From: Clostridiales bacterium
GTDB lineage: Bacteria; Bacillota; Clostridia; Saccharofermentanales; Saccharofermentanaceae
NCBI GenBank assembly: GCA_017513085.1
Contig: JAFWDK010000016.1
Span: 1 to 64,000, forward strand
Reading direction: 5' to 3'
DNA length: 64,000 nucleotides
Position 1 is the stretch's first letter, and every line of letters starts with the position of its first letter. The notes beneath the pieces were generated by a model. It saw only the letters and a list, made by a program, of their open reading frames with translations. It was not told the origin of the DNA and made no database searches. This document shows positions 40,786 through 50,508 of the stretch, piece by piece. The position numbers were made by a program, and so were the translations under genes.

Positions 40786-40917
40786 AAAATGAGGAGGGGG
40801 TGGGAGCGAGGGGGGTGATCCTCGCTCCCGGGGTATGAAAGTAAATAGAAGATAGTAAAGGTTCTCATTCTATTTGATCGATGGGAGAATGGGTTTGGAG
40901 GATGCTCTCCCTTCGAC
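40786..40917 (-). ncRNA. Candidate ~130-nt small RNA with three hairpins and anti-SD loops
   Basis: Lies downstream of 11-bp-period GTCAC repeats; contains CATCCTCC and CCCTCCTC; GGGAGCGAGG/CCTCGCTCCC stem. Confidence 0.5.
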
Positions 40918-40923
40918 AATTTT

Positions 40924-40979
40924 ATTCTCGCATTCGGGAATGACTATCAAGTGACCTTTAAGTGACAGATTTGTCACTT
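40924..40979 (-). promoter_or_regulatory. OmpR/PhoB-type triple direct repeat with a -10 element
   Basis: Minus strand CTGTCACTTAA-AGGTCACTTGA-TAGTCATT (period 11), then TGC-GAGAAT; also palindrome AAGTGACAGATTTGTCACTT. Confidence 0.55.
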
Positions 40980-41006
40980 TCCCGAAAGCTGCTGAAATCA
41001 CTACGT

Positions 41007-43427
41007 TTATCGTTCATTCACGATTGTATTCACCTTGTTCTGGATGATATTGCTGACATCCTCAGCCGAACGTTGGCCGGAGAAGAAAGCAGGCATCTCT
41101 TCTGCAATGATGTTCAAAATGACCTCGTCTTCTCCAGAGCTTCGAGTCACCTGTTCAAGGAATTTTTCAAAACCGTCAATATCTTTCTCCGTCATGTCCA
41201 GCGGATACGGATCATTTCCATCAACATCGTAAAATTCCTCCGGGTGTTCCTTAAATCTTGCCTTATCTTCATTGTAGGTCTTGATCTCATTCTGCGCCAT
41301 GGAACGAAGAGCTTTACGGTAGATCGGGAATCCGTAATAGCTATTGGCCATTTCCGTCTGCATTTCTTCCTCAAAAAGGAAACGGATAAAATCCCAGGCA
41401 TCTTCCTTATACTCCGAGCCTGCCGCGATAGCGAATGAAGACGTCGCATCCGCGCTCAGACCTTTCTTGACATCCGACGGGACACCGATAAACGATACCT
41501 TGCCTTTTCTACGTATGCTATTGAACATATAACTCTCAAATGATCCTAGAGATATCTGCTCTAACGCAATCATGTCATTGTCGAATTTACCTTCATCAAT
41601 ACCATCAACACCCATTCCTATCGGTTTACTTGATTCGAACACGATAGGATCGTCCGGCATGGATTCGTTTCCGTACTTTTTACAGATCTCCATCAGTTTT
41701 TTAAATGATTCACTGTTGAATGAGACTTTTTTCTGATCAAAATCCACAAATTCATCAAGACTTTTACTCAGCATATCTCTCAGTAAGGTAAGCTTGTCAG
41801 CATATAATTCAAACACTGTCATTTTATCGGGAAGATTTGCAAACACCGAGTCAAATTCATCGTAAGTCCATCCGTCACGATCACCGATCACATCCTTGTT
41901 GGCAAGGAATCCGTCAACAGAAAAAGTCAACGGGATCTGGAAAAGCTTTCCATTGGTCTCAAACGCCCGGAAAATATTGTCGAAGTACTGGTCTCTCTGT
42001 AATCCGCTCGCGCCATCAATAAACGTATTCAGATCCACAAGGACCTTCTCATTATTGAACTGACTGCAATCGGCAAAATCCAGAAGGATATCCGGTCCGG
42101 AATGACTCAACATATCCAGATAAAGCGTATTGTAATAGTTCTCTGTTGTCTTTTCCGGCGCCTTCAAATACTGTTGTGCCATTTCTCCCGAATAGTCGTG
42201 GATAACGATTCTGGACTTTCTGTTCGGGTCTTTATTGTAATCGATAATATATTTCTGGATTCGAAGATCCGGCATATAGTTGCATCCCAGTTCGATGATC
42301 TGTTTACCGGCATTCGGGTTTTTTGCCGCACGTGTCAGCTTTGTAAAATAGATCTTTGTCTGTGTACCGCTCTTGGTCTTCGCGTCAACGATCTCCTCAC
42401 GCAAGAGACAGATCTCATTTTCGGACACAACATGAATACCTTGCTGGTTCAGATCACTATGCAGGATATCGGTTTCGTTCCAATCGATTATTGTTTCCGG
42501 ATCCTTCTTTCCCAGAAGATCGACTTTTTTGACGGAATTCGCGTCAAAAATATAATTTCCGTTTTTCTCCGGAATGACCGACATGGCAATATAAGAATCC
42601 GCTTCCACAGGATTTGAAATCTTCAGATTATCTATATCCAATTCATAAAGCTTTGTCGTACAGTTTGTGTAGTCTGCGTTCCAGATCTGAGAATAAACAT
42701 AATTCTTGCCATCCTGCTGATACACATTTCCGCTGAAACCTTCGATCTTGATCTCGCCGATTTCTTTTCCATTCGGGTCAAATACCGTCACTCCATCATA
42801 TGTGGTGGAAACATACTTTCCGTCATTCATAACGGATACTCTTCCATCCCATATAAAATCTGCGCTTCCGTCGAGCTTGGTCTCTTTTATTTTTTCTCCT
42901 TTAGGTGAAAACTCGCAAAGCGACAGGTTGTCCTGTGTTTTGACTTTAGTGTACGAGGTCACGAGGGCCAGGATCTCTCCGTTCGGGCCTTCGAACATAC
43001 GGCTTAAACTTTCCTGTTCGTTCGCGCGGATACGGCCGGTTTCTTCCAGATTCATGTTGAAAAAAACCGTACCGTTTTCATAGTACTGATTATATAATTT
43101 CATCCATTCGTTATATTCGGCTTCTTTCTCGAAATCGAGTTTTTCCATTTTCTTTTCGACGTCTTTCGGCATCTTATAGGAAAGGTAGTATGAAACCGCA
43201 ATGGTATCACCCAGGATCTGGTAATTATACAGATTAGATTCTGAAATCTCCTTGGAATCATCGTAGTTGAGCTTCACTTCTTTTTCCACGGCCTCAAAAT
43301 AAGCATCATCTTCCGAGACAACTTTCTTTTTTGTTTTTTTGTTGTTTTTGGAATTACAAGCCGCTGAAGACAACGCAAAAGATGCAGTCAGAATCAGCGC
43401 CAGAGCGCTTCTGATCGTTTTTTTCAT
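41007..43427 (-). CDS. Large lipoprotein: beta-propeller-like N-terminus plus a sugar-binding (SBP_bac_1-type) C-terminal domain
   Basis: AACN lipobox; GPDILL, LVDLNTFID, NGKLFQIP, GWTYDEF, AWDFIRFL, IIAEE..AFFSGQRSAEDV. Confidence 0.88.
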   Translation of the reverse strand: MKKTIRSALALILTASFALSSAACNSKNNKKTKKKVVSEDDAYFEAVEKEVKLNYDDSKEISESNLYNYQILGDTIAVSYYLSYKMPKDVEKKMEKLDFEKEAEYNEWMKLYNQYYENGTVFFNMNLEETGRIRANEQESLSRMFEGPNGEILALVTSYTKVKTQDNLSLCEFSPKGEKIKETKLDGSADFIWDGRVSVMNDGKYVSTTYDGVTVFDPNGKEIGEIKIEGFSGNVYQQDGKNYVYSQIWNADYTNCTTKLYELDIDNLKISNPVEADSYIAMSVIPEKNGNYIFDANSVKKVDLLGKKDPETIIDWNETDILHSDLNQQGIHVVSENEICLLREEIVDAKTKSGTQTKIYFTKLTRAAKNPNAGKQIIELGCNYMPDLRIQKYIIDYNKDPNRKSRIVIHDYSGEMAQQYLKAPEKTTENYYNTLYLDMLSHSGPDILLDFADCSQFNNEKVLVDLNTFIDGASGLQRDQYFDNIFRAFETNGKLFQIPLTFSVDGFLANKDVIGDRDGWTYDEFDSVFANLPDKMTVFELYADKLTLLRDMLSKSLDEFVDFDQKKVSFNSESFKKLMEICKKYGNESMPDDPIVFESSKPIGMGVDGIDEGKFDNDMIALEQISLGSFESYMFNSIRRKGKVSFIGVPSDVKKGLSADATSSFAIAAGSEYKEDAWDFIRFLFEEEMQTEMANSYYGFPIYRKALRSMAQNEIKTYNEDKARFKEHPEEFYDVDGNDPYPLDMTEKDIDGFEKFLEQVTRSSGEDEVILNIIAEEMPAFFSGQRSAEDVSNIIQNKVNTIVNER

Positions 43428-43559
43428 AAATACTAACCTCCGTTTATGTGCATAACGTTACCCTGAATTCATTTAACATTATAGGCACGAAAACAGCATT
43501 CCACATAACTTTTTCGTCACAAACCCTGCTTTGGAAAACCTTGTAATGAAAATGAAAAA

Positions 43560-45158
43560 TCAGTCGTAATTCTCCAGCATACCTTTGGCACAGTTAAAGA
43601 AGATCAATGCCGCAATCAGGTTGATGCCGGACAGGATCAGAAAGGTCAGCGGGAAGTACGAAGAAGACATCGCATTCAACGATCTTCCGACATCCATGCC
43701 GACAGAGAATTCGAAAATGAATACGGCAGTAATGATCAGGAGCGTCAGTACCATGCGGCTGTTCTTGGTGGCCGAAAGTGTCAGCAAGCGCGCAGAGGTC
43801 AAATAAACAGCAGCGAAGAACAATGCCGCGGATGCATAAAACAAAGTGGCGCAAGGCACATAAGCCAGATGAAGTCTTGCGAAACAGGCAACGACGGAAA
43901 AGCAGATCAGCCCCTCAATGCAAGCTTTCCAGACAATGGCGAGGGAAGTATAAAACAGTTTTTTCACAGAGCCGCCCGGCATAATGTATATATATGGTTT
44001 TCTAAGTTCATCCACAAGACGCCCGGTGGCCACGGAAAAGAACAACACATAGCACATGATCAGAACACCGAAAATGCTCATGACCTGCGGATACATTCCC
44101 TTTTTCATCAAGCTATGAAGTGTCGCGCCAAGAAGGATCGATATACCCAGGACCAGTAATGACGATTGGTCAAACAGAGGGAAAAGACTTCTTCTCTGCT
44201 CGGTCAGCTGCCTCTGAAAAAGCACTGCCGTTCCGCTCCTTTTTCCGAAAAGTTTGGATCGTCCGACTCGTGCGGAGCTGCTTTCCGAGCGAAGGAGCAG
44301 ACTCGTCTTTTCATCGATTCCGGAGTATGCATAAAGGTTTCCGGTAGAGGTCAGAACATCTTCATAGTAATCTGACTTGGTCCTTGAAACCAGGAAGATC
44401 CCCAGCAATGGTAAAAACATCGTCAGCGAAGCATACATGAGAGCATCAGCATATTCTCCGGCCATGGCATGGATCAGGAAACCGGCTGTCCATCCACCGA
44501 TAGGAAGCTGGTGAAGGAACGGTTTGTTAAAGAAAGCGAATGCCGCTTCCACGGCGTTGCCGCTTCGCCAGATATTGAATGAAAGACCTAATATGACGCC
44601 ACCCGCCAGAATGTACGGGATCACAAGCACGATCTTTCGAAGGATCGGATGCGTCGCGGTAAGAGAATACAGAGCTATGGAAAGGATCGAGCAGGAAAGC
44701 GAGATCATGAGCCAGGCGATCATAAGTATGAGCATCTCCTTGATCCAAAGACCAAAATACATACGAAGATTGATCAACTGCATCAGAAGGAATAATGTTG
44801 CGATCAGACTGATCGAAAATTGTCGTAATATGCCATACATCAGGATCCGGTTCGGAGAGATCGGTGATACGAACATATTGCTGATATCGGCCGGACTGAA
44901 GAATGAACTTCCCCGCTTGACGCCTATGATCAAGGCCAGGAAGGTAAATCCCATAAACACAAAAGTCGCTCCGCTCTGAAAACGTGGTACGGCATTGGCG
45001 ATGATGTGTGTCTCACCGATGTTGGTAGTTACTTCCCAGAAATAGAACGCGAAATACAGGATCACCACAGCCGCCGCAACCCAGAACTGCACCGAGTGCA
45101 TCCGCTTTTTCATGCGGTTTTTGAACTGCGTATATAAAACATAGATACAAGCACTCAT
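43560..45158 (-). CDS. Putative ABC exporter membrane subunit
   Basis: Many TM segments; FSPADISNMFVSPISP, DYYEDV, ELRKPYIYIMP; ATGA-coupled to the ATPase gene. Confidence 0.85.
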   Translation of the reverse strand: MSACIYVLYTQFKNRMKKRMHSVQFWVAAAVVILYFAFYFWEVTTNIGETHIIANAVPRFQSGATFVFMGFTFLALIIGVKRGSSFFSPADISNMFVSPISPNRILMYGILRQFSISLIATLFLLMQLINLRMYFGLWIKEMLILMIAWLMISLSCSILSIALYSLTATHPILRKIVLVIPYILAGGVILGLSFNIWRSGNAVEAAFAFFNKPFLHQLPIGGWTAGFLIHAMAGEYADALMYASLTMFLPLLGIFLVSRTKSDYYEDVLTSTGNLYAYSGIDEKTSLLLRSESSSARVGRSKLFGKRSGTAVLFQRQLTEQRRSLFPLFDQSSLLVLGISILLGATLHSLMKKGMYPQVMSIFGVLIMCYVLFFSVATGRLVDELRKPYIYIMPGGSVKKLFYTSLAIVWKACIEGLICFSVVACFARLHLAYVPCATLFYASAALFFAAVYLTSARLLTLSATKNSRMVLTLLIITAVFIFEFSVGMDVGRSLNAMSSSYFPLTFLILSGINLIAALIFFNCAKGMLENYD

Positions 45159-46117
45159 TGATGATCCTTCTTCTTACTCTTTGCCTTCTTTTCTTTCTTC
45201 TCCTTTTTAGTCGGAGGTGGTGAAGGACGGTGTTTCTCCCGAATGTGTTCGGTTACCGGAGCGAGATCCGGATCATCGGCTTCTTCTATTGGAACAGTTT
45301 CTGCCAGTGTCTTGGGTTTCTCCTGTGTTTCTTCGATCTTAACGGGAACCTCTTTCTTCTTTTTCTGTTTGGATGCCGGCTTCGCCTCTTCGTTTTTCGG
45401 CGCTACGATTTCCGGCTTCTCGGTTTCTTCGAAGAAGATCGTCTCCAGTGATGCGGCCTCGAGATCTTTGACCTCATCTTTGGTATGGCAGGACAATACA
45501 CGTCCGCGCGAAAGGATATAGGCTTTATCCCAGATCCCTTCCACAGAAGCAATCATGTGCGTGGATACAACGATCGCCACACCCTTCTTCTTCAGGTTCA
45601 AGACCAGGGTTTTGAGTTCTTTTATCGCATGCGGATCCAGACCGATCATCGGCTCATCCAGAAGGAGAAGTTTCGGATGCGGAAGCAGTGCGCAGATAAT
45701 AGAAACCTTCTGCTGCATACCCTTGGACAGATCCTTGCAAAGATTTTTACGTCTTTCGGTCAGGCGGAACCGTGTGATCAGATCTTCAAGGTCAGCCGAG
45801 GCCTGCGCACGGTCCAGTTTATATGCACGTATGATGAACTCGAATTGTTCTTCCATGGTGAGCATATCGTAAAGGCACGGATATTCCGGGACATACCCGA
45901 AAAGGCGCTTGGCTTCATCGGACTGGGCAGGGAAACCGTCGACAGTGATCTCGCCGTCATGCCGAAGAAGCCCCAGTATGCACTTGATGGCCGTGGATTT
46001 ACCTGCGCCGTTCGGACCTAGAAGGATGCTGATCTCACCTTCTTTACAATCCAGAGAAATATCCCGGTTTACAACTTGTTTGCCGAATTTCTTGGTAAGC
46101 CCCCGCACCTTAAGCAT
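45155..46117 (-). CDS. ABC transporter ATP-binding protein
   Basis: GPNGAGKS, LSKGMQQK, LLDEPMIGLDP, STH; Lys/Glu/Pro-rich tail. Confidence 0.93.
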   Translation of the reverse strand: MLKVRGLTKKFGKQVVNRDISLDCKEGEISILLGPNGAGKSTAIKCILGLLRHDGEITVDGFPAQSDEAKRLFGYVPEYPCLYDMLTMEEQFEFIIRAYKLDRAQASADLEDLITRFRLTERRKNLCKDLSKGMQQKVSIICALLPHPKLLLLDEPMIGLDPHAIKELKTLVLNLKKKGVAIVVSTHMIASVEGIWDKAYILSRGRVLSCHTKDEVKDLEAASLETIFFEETEKPEIVAPKNEEAKPASKQKKKKEVPVKIEETQEKPKTLAETVPIEEADDPDLAPVTEHIREKHRPSPPPTKKEKKEKKAKSKKKDHQ

Positions 46118-46361
46118 AATATTCACCTTCAACCCAAAATAATAAGCAGTTTTAGTCTAGCATTTTTTCGATTTTTCGACCATTCTTTTCACAAAATATT
46201 GATTTTCATTTTATTGTAGTCTTTAATATGAGATATGATTTTCATTTTTACAGAAGCACGTCTAGCGCGTAATGCGGCGTCTGTCGTTCAAAATGGCGTC
46301 TACGCCCCGGAACAAGACGAAAATCAATAAAGATAAGTGCTTCTGGAAAGGATGGGGGAGT

Positions 46362-47234
46362 ATGTTTAAGATCGTAACCAAGCGTCAACTTAACGAAGCT
46401 GTCACACTCATGGAGGTCGAGGCACCGTACATTGCGGCAAAGGCCAAGGCAGGCCAGTTCATCATCTTTCGTATCGACCAGTTCGGCGAGCGTGTGCCGC
46501 TGACGATTGCGGATCACGATGCCGACAAGGGCACCGTCACGATCATTTTCCAGGCTGTCGGCAGCTCGACAAAAGCACTTGCGCAGTTGAACGAGGGTGA
46601 TTACATCCTTGATTTCGTCGGTCCTCTTGGCAATGCGACCGAGATCGAAGGTTATAAAAATGTATGCGTTGTCGGAGGCGGTGTCGGTTGCGCGATCGCT
46701 TATCCTTCTGCAAAAGCACTGCATGAGGCCGGTGCACATGTCGATATGATCGCCGGTTTCCGTAATAAGGACATCGTTATTCTTGAAGACGAGATGCGTG
46801 CGGTCAGCGACAACCTTTACGTGACCACCGACGATGGTTCTTATGGTGAGAAAGGTTTTGTCACCAATAAACTCCAGTCTTTGATCGATGCCGGGAATAA
46901 CTATGATCTGGTCATCGCGATCGGACCGATCCCGATGATGAAGTTCCTGTCTGAAGTGACCCGTCCATATGGGATCAAGACTCTCGTCAGTCTGAACCCG
47001 ATCATGATCGACGGTACCGGAATGTGCGGTGGTTGCCGTGTTACCGTTGGCGGTAAGATCCGTTTCGCTTGCGTAGACGGACCGGATTTTGACGGACACG
47101 AGGTCGACTTCGACGAACTTATGAGAAGAAATACTTACTACAAAACACAGGAACGTGAGCGCGCCGATCATGAGTGCCGCATCCTGAAGATGGGCGAACA
47201 GGCCGAAACTTCCGAGCAGAAGGAGGGAAAGTAA
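46362..47234 (+). CDS. nfnA: Electron-bifurcating transhydrogenase small subunit NfnA
   Basis: GERVPLTIAD, GPLG, VGGGVG, MIDGTGMCGGCRV..FACVDGPDF. Confidence 0.9.
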   Translation: MFKIVTKRQLNEAVTLMEVEAPYIAAKAKAGQFIIFRIDQFGERVPLTIADHDADKGTVTIIFQAVGSSTKALAQLNEGDYILDFVGPLGNATEIEGYKNVCVVGGGVGCAIAYPSAKALHEAGAHVDMIAGFRNKDIVILEDEMRAVSDNLYVTTDDGSYGEKGFVTNKLQSLIDAGNNYDLVIAIGPIPMMKFLSEVTRPYGIKTLVSLNPIMIDGTGMCGGCRVTVGGKIRFACVDGPDFDGHEVDFDELMRRNTYYKTQERERADHECRILKMGEQAETSEQKEGK

Positions 47235-47235
47235 T

Positions 47236-48624
47236 ATGGCGAATACATCAAAGACCAAAGTTCCTATGCCGGAGCAGAAGCCGGATGTACGAAATACGAA
47301 TTTTGATGAGGTTGCTCTCGGCTATACCGAAGAAATGGCAAAAGAGGAAGCGACCCGGTGCCTGAACTGCCCGACTCATCCCTGTGTCAGCGGTTGTCCG
47401 GTAAATGTACGCATTCCTGACTTTATTGCTAAAGTCGTAGCAGGCGATTTTGAAGCAGCATATCAGATCATCACGGCGACGAACTGTCTGCCGGCCGTCT
47501 GCGGACGTGTCTGCACACAGGAGAGCCAGTGCGAGAGTAAATGTGTGCGCGGGAAAGCCGGCGAGAGCGTCGGTATCGGACGTCTGGAGCGTTTTGTCGC
47601 AGATTATCACATGGCTCATGTAAAAGAGTCTGTTCCCGAGATCAAGACAAATGGTCATCGAGTAGCCGTTATCGGTTCCGGTCCGTCCGGCCTGACATGC
47701 GCAGGTGACCTGGCACGTCTCGGTTATAAAGTCACGATCTTTGAAGCTTTTCATAAGGCCGGCGGTGTGCTTGTCTATGGTATTCCAGAGTTCCGTCTTC
47801 CTAAAGCGATCGTGCAAAAAGAAGTCGATCGTCTGGAAACTCTCGGCGTAGAAGTACGCACGAATTTCGTCATCGGTAAGACTCTGACCGTAGATGAGCT
47901 TTTCTCGGAAGGTTATGAGGCGATCTTTATCGGATCCGGCGCAGGTCTTCCTTCTTTCATGGGTATCGAGGGCGAGTCCCTCATCGGTGTATATTCTGCA
48001 AATGAATATCTTACCCGAGTAAATCTCATGAAGGCATACAGTGATAAATATGACACACCGATCCGCAAGAGCCGTTCCGTAGCCGTTGTCGGTGGTGGTA
48101 ACGTGGCTATGGATGCTGCCCGCACCGCCAAGCGTCTTGGCGCAGAGAAGGTCTATATCGTATACCGCCGTTCCGAAGCGGAGATGCCGGCCCGTGCCGA
48201 AGAAGTGCATCATGCTAAGGAAGAGGGCATCGAGTTTATGTGCCTGAATAATCCTGTCAAGATCCTCGGAAGTGAAAACGGCGAAGTCCGTGCCATCGAG
48301 GTCATCTCCATGGAACTTGGCGAGCCGGATGCTTCCGGAAGAAGAAAACCGGTTGCCGTAGCAGGTTCCGAACACGAGATCGAGGTCGATACCGTGATCA
48401 TGTCCATCGGTACCTCTCCGAACCCTCTGATCCGCAGTACCACAGAAGGCCTGGATGCCACTTCCCGCGGATGTCTCGTCACAGATGAAAACATGGCTAC
48501 TTCCCGTCCGGGTGTCTACGCCGGCGGAGATGCCGTCACCGGTGCAGCCACCGTCATTCTGGCAATGGGTGCCGGAAAGAAAGCCGCAGCCGCTATCGAC
48601 AAATACATTCAGGAAAAAGGCTGA
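47236..48624 (+). CDS. nfnB: NfnB (GltD-like) large subunit
   Basis: RCLNC...CVSGCP, CGRVC..E.QCE..C, GSGPSG, VGGGNVAMD; paired with nfnA, and no gltB nearby. Confidence 0.88.
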   Translation: MANTSKTKVPMPEQKPDVRNTNFDEVALGYTEEMAKEEATRCLNCPTHPCVSGCPVNVRIPDFIAKVVAGDFEAAYQIITATNCLPAVCGRVCTQESQCESKCVRGKAGESVGIGRLERFVADYHMAHVKESVPEIKTNGHRVAVIGSGPSGLTCAGDLARLGYKVTIFEAFHKAGGVLVYGIPEFRLPKAIVQKEVDRLETLGVEVRTNFVIGKTLTVDELFSEGYEAIFIGSGAGLPSFMGIEGESLIGVYSANEYLTRVNLMKAYSDKYDTPIRKSRSVAVVGGGNVAMDAARTAKRLGAEKVYIVYRRSEAEMPARAEEVHHAKEEGIEFMCLNNPVKILGSENGEVRAIEVISMELGEPDASGRRKPVAVAGSEHEIEVDTVIMSIGTSPNPLIRSTTEGLDATSRGCLVTDENMATSRPGVYAGGDAVTGAATVILAMGAGKKAAAAIDKYIQEKG

Positions 48625-48662
48625 GTTCTTTTAACACCGGATCTGAATAAAGATATTTATTG

Positions 48663-48691
48663 AAAGAGTCATGTTTATGCATGACTCTTTT
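48663..48691 (+). terminator. Terminator after nfnAB
   Basis: AAAGAGTCATG/CATGACTCTTT stem. Confidence 0.75.
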
Positions 48692-48791
48692 GTCATGCAA
48701 AATTGATATATTTTTGCTAGTATAGATTGGGAATGGGGACGAGATGCGCGATAGGGTCGTGCAGATCGAAATACTGATTTGGCGAGGTCCT

Positions 48792-50438
48792 ATGAAAAAA
48801 TCACTTTCAATCTGCAAGTGCGGTATTCCGCTTCTTGTCACACTTTTATTTCTTTCATCCTGTCATAAGGCAATAACAGCGCCGGAAACACAGTTGACTT
48901 CTACGGAACAGACTTCTTCCATATCTTCAAGTGAAAGCTCTCTCTCTTCCGCAGATGCAGAAGAAAGTACTTCTTCTTCGGATCAGGATCCTATTTCCCC
49001 TGGTTTTTCAAGTGCATCTTTTATCTCCGCGGACGATGATCTCGCTTTGGAGTTCAAGAAACTTCCGGGCGTGACCAAGGTGGAGCGAAGATCAGCTTTT
49101 AACCAGAATCAGTACATTCTTTCCTTCGATATGCCGATCGACCATAACGATCCCGGGAAAGGAACGTTTACCCAGAGAATGTATGTGTACTATAAAGACA
49201 AAGATGCGCCCAACATGTTCAATGTCGGAGGATATGATCTTTACTACGGTAGTTATGACGGTGATTTCTATGATGAGATGGAGCCTCTTTTTTCCAAAAC
49301 ATATAACTGCAACTTTTTCGAAGCAGAATACCGGTTTGACGGACTGTCCAAACCACAAGGATTTCAAAACGAGAAAACGGACTATTGGGAATATCTGACA
49401 TGTGCCCAGGCCAGTGAAGATTTCCATACCATGATTGAAAGCATGAAGACGCTTTTTTCTGGGAAATGGTGCTTCGAGGGAATGAGTAAAGGCGGGGAGT
49501 TTACTGCATACCACCTTTCCCGCTATCCGGACGATGCCGATCTTTTTCTCGCGGAATGCGCCATGCTTGATCTGGGACAGAATACTCCCGGACTCTGCGA
49601 GTATGTGTATTCCACTGCCGGAGACGATCGCTATGGCAAGGAAAAAGCACAGGAATACAGAGACCTTCTCCTGGAGTTCCAGGTGGAAATGATCAAGCAC
49701 AGAGACGATCTAGAGGACAAATACTATGATCTGGCTACCAACTACTATAGTGTGGTATTTGCTCCCGCTTTCACGAAAGAGATCCTATTCGACTGTACGG
49801 TCCTGGATGCAAGATATGTTTACCAGTACGATAGCACCGACACGCCTGAAGGTGACTATTTCAAACGAATGAGGGAAGTACTGGATCTGAAAGACGCTAA
49901 CGGTGCATCCGAGAGAGCCATGTTTGTAGATAAAGCCTGCGATCTGCTTACGGATCTATACGGCCCGTGGCAGTATGCCTATTCCGAACACGATACGATC
50001 TCTGATCCGGAGAGCGGGAACCTCTATGGTTTTCTGTTCCAATGTTTCTTCGAAGACGGGTATTACAACTACGATTTTTCCTATTTGCGTCAAGCACTGG
50101 AAAAGGACGGCAGCGGAGCATCCCTGTACATCACGGAAGAAATGGAACCGGATGTGTACGGATACCGGATCCCCGAGCACCACAAGAATCTATTCTCCTA
50201 CTCGCCGGATGTCAGAAACGCCAGGCGCCGTGCCGTGGAAAACACCACAACACCTCTGATCCTGGTCAACGGCCTGAGTGATATCTATCAGGCTGCGGAA
50301 ATAAAAGAATCCAAAAACCCCAACACGCACATCTTCAACATACCAAGTTCTTTTCACGACGAATGCACACTCGACTACTTAAGCGAGGAGCAGTTCAAAG
50401 AATACGACGCGATCGTACGTGAGGCATTAGGGATCTGA
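48792..50438 (+). CDS. Lipoprotein serine aminopeptidase (S28/S37 family)
   Basis: LSSC lipobox; PIDHNDP..GTFTQR, EYRF, YLT..QA..D.H, GMSKGG nucleophile elbow. Confidence 0.8.
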   Translation: MKKSLSICKCGIPLLVTLLFLSSCHKAITAPETQLTSTEQTSSISSSESSLSSADAEESTSSSDQDPISPGFSSASFISADDDLALEFKKLPGVTKVERRSAFNQNQYILSFDMPIDHNDPGKGTFTQRMYVYYKDKDAPNMFNVGGYDLYYGSYDGDFYDEMEPLFSKTYNCNFFEAEYRFDGLSKPQGFQNEKTDYWEYLTCAQASEDFHTMIESMKTLFSGKWCFEGMSKGGEFTAYHLSRYPDDADLFLAECAMLDLGQNTPGLCEYVYSTAGDDRYGKEKAQEYRDLLLEFQVEMIKHRDDLEDKYYDLATNYYSVVFAPAFTKEILFDCTVLDARYVYQYDSTDTPEGDYFKRMREVLDLKDANGASERAMFVDKACDLLTDLYGPWQYAYSEHDTISDPESGNLYGFLFQCFFEDGYYNYDFSYLRQALEKDGSGASLYITEEMEPDVYGYRIPEHHKNLFSYSPDVRNARRRAVENTTTPLILVNGLSDIYQAAEIKESKNPNTHIFNIPSSFHDECTLDYLSEEQFKEYDAIVREALGI

Positions 50439-50508
50439 GACATCTTACCGGCCGGTATCTATTCACTTGAATATGAAGTTGCTATAATACTTGCCGAGGT
50501 GAATCATT

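Noticed and set aside
47236-48624. Glutamate synthase small subunit (gltD/gltA) annotation
   Set aside because: It is paired with an NfnA-type gene and there is no large subunit, so NfnB fits better.
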